A DNA stretch of 58,777 bases, the filler included, from Squatina squatina (taxonomy: Eukaryota), in assembly GCA_031763465.1 (NCBI GenBank). It is 3 parts of 3 records of this genome, joined end to end, with 100 filler letters (N's around TTAATTAATTAA, not from the genome) between each part and the next. Parts side by side here need not be neighbours in the genome. Positions count along the whole stretch, not along the records: positions 35,244 to 58,777 come from JARFOE010000058.1; 2 more parts are not named here. One strand, written 5' to 3'. Of this stretch, positions 37,284-48,226 are shown one piece after another. Under the pieces are notes generated by a model, which searched no databases, was not told where the DNA came from, and worked only from the letters and a program-made list of their open reading frames with translations. The position numbers and the translations under genes were made by a program. Positions within the stretch are counted from its first letter, which is position 1. Each line of letters begins with the position of its first letter.

Positions 37284-38775
37284 GAGAAGTGCGAAGTGAT
37301 ACATTTTGGTAGGAAGAGTGAGGAGAGGCAATATAAACTAAATTGTACCATTTTAAAGGGGTAGCAGGAACAGAGAGACCTGGGGAGGTGTACACAAATC
37401 TTTGAAGGTGGCAGGACAAGTTGAGAAGGCTGTTACAAAGGATATGGGATCCTGGGCTTTATTAATAGAGGCATAGAGGCTGAAGTTGGCTACCGGGACA
37501 GTAACCTTTCCAAAGCTGCACACTTGGTGCCCATAGCACACTCGATTTCGCCTCGGGGCGGGATCGGGGGCACTAGTCAGGCATATCGCAGAGCGTTACA
37601 CGGCCCCGTACCGCTGACGCGTTTCAACACCACTCCCCTTCCGTTAAAGAGGAGGGACGCGGCGAGCTCTGCAGGCCTTGTGATGGTCTCCATTGGGCCG
37701 CCAGGGCTAAGGGACGCTGGGGCCACAGCCCGGCACTGAGACAGAGTGCTGGGCTGAACGATGATGGCACGGACCCCGCGACATCAATGGCCAATGGCCC
37801 CCGATCGGTGTGCAGCCCGGTAGCCTCACGGGGAGCTGCCCAATGTCCACCACGGGGAGGAAGTGGGCCGCCGCATGGCGAAAAGGGGTCATTGCGCACA
37901 GCGATGATGTCATAGCTGGAGGCGCGCTGGCCCAGGGCATTACCAGCGGGATTCGCGCCTCCGCTAACTCCACTAATTTCGCCCATTAGTCACCCCCCGG
38001 AGGCGTTAACTTGAGGCGCACAACAGGAGAATTTCACTCGCATAGAGTACAAAAGCAAAGAAGTTATAAAACACTGGTTAGGCCTCAGCGGGAGCATCAT
38101 GCCCAATGGCGGGCACCGCACTTTAGGCAGGATGTTTAGACCTTGGAGAGGGTGACGAGAGGAGATTTACTGGAATGGTTCCAGGGATGAGGGAATTCCG
38201 TGATGTGGAGAGACTGGAGAAGCTGGGGTTGTTCTCCTTGGAGCAGAGAAGGTTAAGGGGAGATTTAATCCAGGTGTTGAAAATCATGAGGGTTTGTGAT
38301 CGAGTAAATGAGGAGACACTGTTTCCAGGGGCGGGAGGGTCGGTAACCAGAGGGACACAGATTGAAGAGAATCGGCAAAAGAACCAGAGGGGGATGAGGA
38401 GAATGTTTTTCCACAGCGAGTTGTTGTGATCTGGAACATGCTGCCTGAAAGGGCGGTGGAAGCAGATTCAATAGTAACTTTCAAAAGGGAATTGGATAAA
38501 TACTTGAAGGGGAAANNNNNNNNNNNNNNNNNNNNNNNNNNNNNNNNNNNNNNNNNNNNNNNNNNNNNNNNNNNNNNNNNNNNNNNNNNNNNNNNNNNNN
38601 NNNNNNNNNNNNNNNGATTAAATTGTAACTTTCAAAAGGGAATTGGATAAATAAAGAAAAAAAAATGCAGTGCTATGGGGAAAGAGCAGGAGTGAGACAA
38701 GCTGGACAGCTCTTTCAAAAAGCCTGCACATGCATGATGGGCTGAATTGCCTCCTTCTGTGCTGTATGATTCTAT
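37284..38775 (+). mobile_element. CR1 LINE 3' part, interrupted by a TIR element
   Basis: CR1 sequence gaagtgcgaagtgatacattttggtaggaag...ctttattaatagaggcata resumes after the insertion as gagtacaaaagcaaagaagtt. The ORF ERLEKLGLFSLEQRRLRGDLIQVLKIM follows. Confidence 0.88.
37476..38041. mobile_element. GC-rich non-autonomous DNA transposon nested in CR1
   Basis: 566-bp block flanked by a duplicated ATA (37473-75 and 38042-44). Imperfect termini GAGGCTGAAGTT and AATTTCACTCGC (8/12). Confidence 0.75.
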
Positions 38776-38924
38776 GAATTGGCCACAACATCCATGTTCT
38801 AGGACTGAGAAGAATTAATCAAGGTTTCTGATCTTATCTTTGGTCTGAATAGTCTGCCATTCAGGGACCTCTGCAGGAACATGCGTGGACATTTTGTGAG
38901 GAAACTACTAGATATCACTGGGAT

Positions 38925-39365
38925 AACCAAGAACATATGAACAGGAGTAGGCCATTCAGCCCTGTGAGCCTGTTCCACCGTTCAATTAGCTCATGGTTGA
39001 TCTGTACCTCAACTTCATTTATCAGCTTTTGCTCCATATCCCTTGATACTCTTAACTAATAAAAATCTATCACTCTTAGTTTTGAAAATTTCAATTGACC
39101 CAGCAGCCGCAGCCTTTTGGGGAGAGTCCTAGATTTCCATGACATTTTGTGTGAAAAAATGCTTCCTGATTTCACTCTTAAATGGCCTAGCTTTCATTTT
39201 AAGATGATGTCCCCTTGTTCTGGATTCCCCCACCAGAGGAAATAGTTTCCCTGTATCTACCCAAACAAATACCTTTATCATTTTAAAGGACCGTGATTAC
39301 ATCACCCCTCAACCTTCTAAACTCTCAGGAATACAAACCAAGTTTTATCTAACCTGTCCTCATCA
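38925..39365 (-). mobile_element. CR1 LINE 3' end
   Basis: gaacaggagtaggccattcagccc...ttctggattccccaccagaggaaatagtttc, homologous to 4200-4620. Confidence 0.82.
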
Positions 39366-42300
39366 NNNNNNNNNNNNNNNNNNNNNNNNNNNNNNNNNNN
39401 NNNNNNNNNNNNNNNNNNNNNNNNNNNNNNNNNNNNNNNNNNNNNNNNNNNNNNNNNNNNNNNNNGATTTTATCGGCTTTATATAATAACAATGTTCATT
39501 ATATCTCCTCCATTATGACAATCTTTATAAAAAATGTTAAAACATGATGTTGAATTCACAAAAAGGATTACTGGGATCCCACGTAAACCTTCTACTTTAA
39601 CAGTTACATTTACAAACTATAAAAAACTTAAACTTATTCATAGTATAGATTTGCAATATTAAATGAAACAAATAAACAGCAATTTTTTAAACATCTCTTT
39701 GGAACCGTATCATTCTTTTCAGAACAGCTAGTATACACCGTAAATGTCAAGAAAATAAAACACACTAGGAACACAAAGTTTCTGCAGTATCTTCATTCAG
39801 TGTCTCATTACCAAGGGATTGTTAAAATAAAATCAATCCACTGAATTCTCATTTGACCTCTGAGATTCAGTACAACCAAGACATTTTTGAGCTCTTTTGG
39901 TGACAAACTTCAAACTCTGTTTAGAAGTTTGCAGCATTGATGTTTATTTCCTTTATCTTTCTCTTCACCCCCCTCCCCCTCCCCTGCTTCTTATAGTGAT
40001 GAATCTTCTTCTGCTACAGTTCTGTGGATACTGGCAGTTCTCCATGTAAGTGGTAATTTTGCATGTGTGAGACTAGACAGTGAGGGGCTGATTTCTCTCG
40101 GTCATTCAGCTGAGCCCCTGCTGTAACTCTGGCAGGCCTCCGTTGTAATGGTTCAGGACAGACCTGGACCCAGTGTAAGAGAATGCTCTACAAATTGCCT
40201 TAAATGTGTCTTCAAATTGAAGTCAATAGTCGGAATGAATGTTAGGAAAGGAAAGGGCTAATGCAAATTAAACAATGAATGCTTATATAAACAAAACATC
40301 CTTTCCAGTGAATGAAAACAAGCTATCAAAACCACAGCCCCAGAGATGGCTCATCAAGAAAGATATAAGATGCCCCACCGTAGCCAGATCTGCGTATGAC
40401 CCCTTTGTTAGCAAGCACGAGAAGCTGGGGAGAAATCAAGCGACCTGGCTTGTCTAGGTGCCAGTTCTTCATTGACTTGGAGATCATCGGGGCCAACAGA
40501 CCCATGTGAGGTGTTTGGCATCAGAAAGGCTGGACTCATCTAAGGCACAGCTAATCTGATTGCTCAACAGAAGTGAGGAGTTTTCTTTGCAAACTAAGGA
40601 TATATAAAATAGATTATCAACTTGTCGTCTGAGTGTAAATCTAGCATTGCAGATTGGCCCCTCGTTATAGAAACATCCCAAATTTAATTTCCATTCAAAC
40701 CAGTGACAATGAAAATCAGGCTGTTGAAAGTCTACCCCAGTGTTTTTTTTGACACTAAAGCTCAGTCTCAGTTTTAGTTCTCAGTCCTTAGTTTAGTTCT
40801 ACTTCTTTTTGTAGTCTTTGCAGTAGAAGGTGTAAGAGGTCTATGTCTAGTGTGTGTAGAAGAGTGTCCATAAACTTGGAAGTCCATCTCTGACAGAGAG
40901 AGTGAAACGTTTGAGAAGTTAAGATTTTCCGGCTATGCTAGCCAGATACAGGCAGATATAAGTGTGTCACTTGGACTTACAAGTTCCCCTGAGATCAAGG
41001 GAGTTGAGCTGTAAGCCAACGAGTCCAGTATGGAAGGTGAATTTACCAGAGCACAGGAGCCAGAAGGACCAGATAGCATCTTTACAGACTAAANNNNNNN
41101 NNNNNNNNNNNNNNNNNNNNNNNNNNNNNNNNNNNNNNNNNNNNNNNNNNNNNNNNNNNNNNNNNNNNNNNNNNNNNNNNNNNNNNNNNNNNNCAGCCCC
41201 AGCCTCCAGAGGTGCCACCAGATCAGTACAGGCAGAGGCCAGCCAACAGAGTGGTAAGTTGGTTTAAAAAAAAATTTATCTGAATGTGGAGCCGGGAGAA
41301 GCTCCTCTTGACACCATATTAAAACAGTGGGCCGCTGCCGGCCACCACTCGCCACCCGCCCCCAACTACTGGCTTTGCCCCCCTCCTGACTGCCGCCTCA
41401 CCCCCGTCATGATCACCTCATCCCAATATCCTAATCACCCTTCATCCCAATTGCCCTCCCCCTCCCAAAGTCCTGGCCGCTCTCCCTTTTCCTGTTGCCC
41501 CTTCCTGATTAGTCCTCCTTTCCCAGTTGCCCTGCTCCCAGTCATCCCCTGCAGCTCGCCAGTCCCATTTATATGAGGTCTGAGCCAATAGTGAGTGCAC
41601 CTCAGGGCCACCCGTCCAGGCGCTGGGATCAATCCCTGCGCCCAGTTCTGAAGTGAACAAATTTCTAGACCACTGTTTCCTCACAGTTATGTGGTAGAGA
41701 TGAGCAATTGAGTGATATGGATGAAATGTGTATGCAATTCCACATTCCAGTACTTTGAATGTGTCATGTCACCGCACCTTCCCTGTGGAACTATTGTAAT
41801 CAGTGTGAGACTGAAATAGCAGATGACCGGCATAAGAGATGAAATCTATGTCTCCCACGCATCCTATTAATTCAGCACTTATGCATTCACAAAACATACC
41901 TGGGGCTGCTGTTTAAATAACACAATTTTTTTTTTCAAATCAAGTCATTTGTATTATGGTACTTGACTTTTAAAATAGTGCTCAGGTTCATTTTTCCTTC
42001 TCCATTGTGATTGTTCTGTTCATCTAATCTACCATTTACCATTTTCACGGGCTTTACTTCCTGCTGTGCTCCTACAATACTTCAGCTGATAACACACTAG
42101 CTTGGTGCCATTACATGTAAAAACAACTTCTGCTTGGCAACATGCTGGAGGTTCAAAGAATAACTTTTCTGGCTGGGGCCCACAGCCTTCAAAACACATT
42201 AATAAGTCACTCTCTTCTAATGTGCCATCAATTTACATGCCAGTTAATAGGTGTCCTGCTAAGAAGAATTTCTCCTTAGTTATACTTAAACACAAGGGCC

Positions 42301-44194
42301 CCTAATTTACTTGAGGATTCCGCTGTGCTCCCGTTGTAACTCCAGCAGGAGTCTGAAGGAACCCACCAGAAAAAGGCAGTAACAGCTCCCTGGTGTGCCT
42401 GCTTGGTCCCGTAAGGGGTGGAACCTTTGCCAACCCCTTACAAGTCCAATTAGAAAATGTAGACTGGAGCTACCTATTCTAAGTCGGTGTTTCATAACAC
42501 AAAAGATGATGTTTTCATAAAATGTCTATTACCTTTTCACAATTTCAACATATTTAAAAATAATTTAATACTTAACTATGCCAGGCCTTTTCACCTCCAT
42601 TGTTCGTGCATAAGCTCCAACCAGTTCATATCTAAAATGGCAATTCGGGTATAATTTACATACTAAAAGGGGTCTAGTGCCTGAATCAGGTGGGTGGATT
42701 GGACACCCAGACGTAGACCCCTTTTAAAATGACACCGGCTGCATCACGGTGTTCGTGAGGCGGTGAGGCCACTAGCCCCATTTTGAGGCTGTTAACACCC
42801 TGTTAACATCAGGCAAAGGGCACTCCAGATCAAGCCCACAGCCTGCATTGCGTTGAAAGGTAGGTTTCGGGTAAATTCACCGATCCCAGTCATGCTCGGA
42901 GGGAGTACAAGGCCAGAGTGGAAGCTGCCGAGTGTGGCGCTGCGTCCAGCTCCTCGGTGGAACGCATGTGTGGCAAGTTTACCTCACATCTTGTCACGGA
43001 AAACAGCTCCGGCCCTTCTCTTCCCCACCACTGTCGCTTCTCACCAGAACGTTGCCCCTTTACTGAGCGAAATAACGGAGTGGAGCCGACGCCGACTCGA
43101 GTTGGTCGAAGTCCGAACTCTGGGCCTTAAAAGACCCCAAACGTCGCGCGGCTGCCACTTGTGTGTGCAGCGAAGTTGAAATTCGTGCCATTCTTTTTTA
43201 AAAGAAAATCTAATTTGCAACGTGTCCCCGGCTCCAAAACAGGCTTGAAAATACCACGGCAGGGTTGCAGAACCTGCAACTCGCTGCCCACCAGCAAACC
43301 AAAATTGAAGAAAAGGATTGGCCCCGATCCCCTTCCCCCACACTCTCAGTTCCACTGAACCACAAGGGACTCGTCACTTGCGACAGCCATGGTGCTGGCA
43401 GATATTCACCAATAAACAACCAAATGCTGCAAGCTGCAGTCTTTTATGGCAGGTTGTTGCAAGTGAGGCTGCATTGAGGTCACAGTGAGTTTTAGTACAG
43501 CGCAGACTGACAGTGAACCCAATCCCAGCAACCTGATGGGGTCAGGCCAACTTGCAGCAAAGTCTGCGAGTCACAGACAGCTTCACGACGTCAGAAAATG
43601 TGCTGCTTAACTGAGTGCCAACTTGAACGTGAAGCGTTTCTGAAAAAAACAACTCAGTTGATTTGTGAATGAGATTGAAATAATTTCAGAATAAAATCCA
43701 TTCCCACGTGCTAACTGCTGGTGAAGCAGTGGAACCGAAAAGGCCTATTACAGAGGAGAGATTGGATCATTGGCCCTGAAATTGTGATCTGATTGTAATT
43801 TACTCTACGTACTTACCTAAGGGTCCTGGATCCACAGGAGTTTGCGATATCCAGGCGNNNNNNNNNNNNNNNNNNNNNNNNNNNNNNNNNNNNNNNNNNN
43901 NNNNNNNNNNNNNNNNNNNNNNNNNNNNNNNNNNNNNNNNNNNNNNNNNNNNNNNNNTACCCCAAATGAGGGTTTTTTCTTTTTCTTTCCTTCCTTCCCT
44001 CGCAGTCCTTGATCAATGTGTCTGAAATATCAATTTTAAGGACCTTCCTGCACAGAGAAGAGTGATGATGAAGTCCAAGGGTGCACATTTACCCATTAAT
44101 TTTCCTTTACATAATAGAAACCAAAATGATAGCTTTGAAAATGAACTTTCAGATAAAACTCCACTGCTCCCTCAATGGTTCAGATGTGGTTCTG

Positions 44195-44550
44195 AGCTAT
44201 ACCGACGAGGAAGCTTCCAGATTGATCCACAATCTGGGCTGAGTTAGATGATCTCAACCCAGGCAGCAGTAGGGGTACTACAGCTGGCCTCAGTACTCCT
44301 AGGTTTGGGAGAAAAAAAATCAGCCAGGGTTCCTGTTCTTGATGACTGAGAGATGAGTCCTGCTTGAAAGCACATGTACAGATACCTATTGAGGGCTGAA
44401 TCATATTAGCTCAGTCGAATCGCTTACTGACACGCTGCCATCTAGGCTCACCCATGAAGAATGGCCACTAAGTCATGGGGCTGAAGGGCTGCCAGCATCT
44501 GTGAAATCATATCCTAGGATACACCACCACGTTCAGGAGAGGATGAGAAA
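44195..44550 (+). mobile_element. tRNA-derived SINE, second family
   Basis: tctgggctgagttagatgatctc...gtactacagctggcctcagt...aaaatcagccagggttcctg. Confidence 0.6.
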
Positions 44551-46321
44551 AGGGTGGGAATTTGCAAAAAAACATGCTACACGCCGAATATATGCCATGC
44601 AGATTTGTGCTCATAATTCCCAGTGGTGACCTTCCAATATCAGTTGTGCTGTCACAGGATAAGCACTGAGCAAAGAGTGGGAAGTTTCCAACATGGAGGA
44701 AGAGAAAAAGCAGAGGACAAGACCCCCAAAACCATTATCATACATCTCCTGCTGAGTGGTTATAGAGTGGTTTTGGCAGAAATGTTGGAGCAGATTGTCT
44801 AACCACCATCTCCCTCTAACTTACTGTCAATGGTAAATCAAGTATGAAAATGCAGAAGATACGGACAGGGATTGTCTGTATTAATGTGCAGTTAAAATTC
44901 AGACATTGTTACCTGCCACAAGTAAGATAATAAAACCATTAGCATTTATATTCATGAAATGCAACCTTTAAATCAATTATACATCATGAATGATCCCAAA
45001 GAAAGAGTGTGCAGAGACTGTGCAAAAATGGCGACAGCTTGGAACAAGCTAGGTTATTGCCTTAATGCAAATCAGATAGGAAAAATGATGGCAGGACAAG
45101 AAATGCCAGTCTGCTCTAATCTTTACAACTAAATATTATTATTGTAAACATTGTAAATTAATTTGCAACTTGTCTGCTACAATTAATCAAAGTTGTCATT
45201 TGCTTTCAAATCGGATATTGATGCCTGAGAATATTAAATGATGNNNNNNNNNNNNNNNNNNNNNNNNNNNNNNNNNNNNNNNNNNNNNNNNNNNNNNNNN
45301 NNNNNNNNNNNNNNNNNNNNNNNNNNNNNNNNNNNNNNNNNNNNNNNNNNNNNNNNNNNNNNNNNNNNNNNNNNNNNNNNNNNNNNNNNNNNNNNNNNNN
45401 NNNNNNNNNNNNNNNNNNNNNNNCAATTTTTATACAGTGTACAGTTCTATGAATCACTTGCTTCAACTCACCAATTTTTCCCTTTTAATAAAACATTTAA
45501 GTAAGACGATAAAACATTTATACCAATGGTACCAAGCTCGAGTAAATACTCTCCTTCCAGATGCTGTTATCCCAGAGAGATTTTTACTCAAATCTAAAGT
45601 GAATTTTTGCTCAAATTAATGAAGTGAAAACATCTTTCTGGAAACCTCTCACTTGATCCAGTTAATGCATCTGTAGCCATAGTTACTTCAAGCACAACTC
45701 TCGTGAAGATTTATGGGAAAATACAACATAAAATCACTGCAATAATTGCATTTTATTTTGCAGCTCATACCAACAACCTAGTTTAACCTGTCAGTAATTT
45801 GTCGAACGTTGATTACAGTTCCCTCGTGGTCTTCTGTCAGAATTACTGCAAACTGGTTGATAAACAAGTAGTTAATAGAGAGGCTGGTGCCTTATTGGAT
45901 CATGACTGTTCCTGGCACTGCATAATTAATAGGTAAATCTCTCTGTGCGTGGTGCTTTATGACATGATATAGATTAGAGAGAAGNNNNNNNNNNNNNNNN
46001 NNNNNNNNNNNNNNNNNNNNNNNNNNNNNNNNNNNNNNNNNNNNNNNNNNNNNNNNNNNNNNNNNNNNNNNNNNNNNNNNNNNNTGGATTAAGTCGGAGC
46101 CGGAGACAGTTGCTGAGAAAAGAGATGTGGCTGTGAAAGCGAGTTTTGGTAGATACCTGATCAAACACGAGAAGGGAAACAGAAAGCAAAGATGATGAAT
46201 AAGGTAGGAGAGACAAACGGAAATCCCGTCTGAGGGAAGAGCAGAACTTCCTATTACATTATTGGTGCTATTGTAGATATCAAACTGTGACATGGCTCGT
46301 TTTCATCACACACAAAACAAT

Positions 46322-46525
46322 CTCATAGAATCATATAGCACAAAAGGAGGCCATTCAGCCCATTGTGCCTGTGCCAGCTCTTTGAAAGTGGTATTAAATT
46401 AGACCTACACCCCTGCCCTTCCCTCATAGCCCTGCAATTTCTTCTTTTTCAGGTATATATCCAATTCCCTTTTGAATGTTACTGTTGAATCTGCTTCGAT
46501 CACCTTTTCAGGCAGTGCATTCCAA
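46322..46525 (-). mobile_element. CR1 3' UTR fragment
   Basis: catagaatcatatagcacaaaaggaggccattcagccc...ttgaatctgcttc...ttcaggcagtgcattcca. Confidence 0.75.
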
Positions 46526-47639
46526 AACTGTGAAATAAAATAATCTGTAAAATAAACTGAATTCAGAAAACTCTTTGCAATGTAGTTTATTTACTTTGAT
46601 CATTGTCCAATTCATCTTTTTGTAAACTAAATAAAATCAACAAATATTTATACAAAAAAAGAAACTTTGATCCAATTTATCATTCACCGCTTCATGTAAA
46701 ACTGAAATAAACATATCTCGATCAAGCATGAAAAGTAAATTTGAATGAAAATTAAAAGCCTGTGTTGGTCATCTCCCGGCTGCAGTTTTATGGTTTAATG
46801 GCACATTCTCAGGCAAACTAACTGCCAAGGGGCTTACAGTTAGCCACTGATTCACAAATTGCTGAACAGACGGATATTTATCTGCTTCACTCAGCACATT
46901 AAACAAATTGTTTACAAACAATTGGAGCTCATCTTTAAACCTTGGTATCCCTGCTATGGCAGGGCTGGCATATCAGCTGTTGAGGTTGGTATATAAAACA
47001 GATCAGAAAAAATACAATATTTTGATATTATGTGCCCCAAAATCTGGCAGCTTCAGCAGAACTACATGTGGCAGTGATCCCATTTGTTCTAACATATATG
47101 GTAGGCATTAATATAACACAAGCAGGTTTGTTGTAATTACAATGTTAAAAATACCAGTATATTTGAGCCCCATAAAGCATAGGCCATAACACAGAATTTT
47201 GTTTTGTAATGGATAGTCCTGTGATTGCAATGTAGAACTTTATTTGCTTTAGCTATAGTTTCCTGACATTGGTCGCAAATCTTTATGAACTATGAGACCC
47301 AGATCTTTTTCTTTCACCATAGGCTTCAGCTATGTTCCTTGTATGGTGTAAGTGTGCTGAGCGTTGGTTGGTCCTACCCACATGCAGAACGCTGCACTGC
47401 TCTCAGTTAAATGCTATTTGCAACAGGTGGGCCCCCTTTCCCCCAACACATCGGNNNNNNNNNNNNNNNNNNNNNNNNNNNNNNNNNNNNNNNNNNNNNN
47501 NNNNNNNNNNNNNNNNNNNNNNNNNNNNNNNNNNNNNNNNNNNNNNNNNNNNNNTAATGATAGTAGGAGATCGGTGTATGCTGGGCGAATATAAATTATC
47601 GAAAGTTTCTTTTCTTTAAAAAATAGCGTATTGCAGCTT

Positions 47640-48226
47640 TAACAACACCTCTTGCCGAACAGCCAATAAGAAGTGAAATTGCACAATCAGAAACCGATTT
47701 ACACAATACCTCGCCTCAGCAAAGCTTTGCGGAGTCCAACAAACTTGGCACAGGGAGAGAGGGAAAAACACACACCAGCAGCAGCTCCCGCCCTCTTGTC
47801 AGCCCATTGGCACCGTGGTACGATCAACACGAATGTCCCGCCTCCCTCCACCTGCGATTGGTCGCTGAAATATAATTGACAGCTCACCTGGCGATTCGGA
47901 CCTTTCTAAGTGGCCAAGTGTTCTGTCGGTAACTCGCAGGCTCCGCCCACCCACGTTAGGACAGCAAGTACGTTTAACTCCATTAAGGGTACGTCACAGG
48001 TTGTTTTTTTCGCCCTGACTGAGAAGGGGGGCGGGGGTAGAAGGGAAAGAGGGGGGGAAAAAAACCCAGTCCATTCGCATGTTTTTTTTTTACGGGCAGC
48101 CAGAGAGATGTTTACGCAGCCAAAACCTTGAGGTAAAGTGATAGCCGTGCAATTAAGAGTGAGGAGGTGGTGGGGTTTCCTTCCTTCCATCCATCGGAGG
48201 AGGAGGACGGCCACCCACCCACCACA
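47640..48226 (+). promoter_or_regulatory. Probable IRS4 promoter and 5' UTR at the edge of a CpG island
   Basis: CCAAT at 47663, reverse CCAAT (ATTGG) at 47806 and 47857, GC boxes at about 47787, 47943 and 48028, and a CRE-like TACGTCAC at about 47991. CpG density rises into 48200-48950. Confidence 0.6.

Noticed and set aside
38474-38652. Direct repeat gtaactttcaaaagggaattggataaata
   Set aside because: The copies flank a 100-N gap inside a CR1 tail, so this is likely contig overlap or two CR1 copies.
42690-43220. CpG-rich patch as a possible promoter or gene
   Set aside because: The ORFs are unrecognisable and the composition resembles the GC-rich DNA-element fragments elsewhere in the window. 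Boundaries could not be defined.
48167-48226. GTG start given by the ORF track for the 891-aa ORF
   Set aside because: The first in-frame ATG in good Kozak context is at 48227, and its MAS start resembles IRS2/IRS4.
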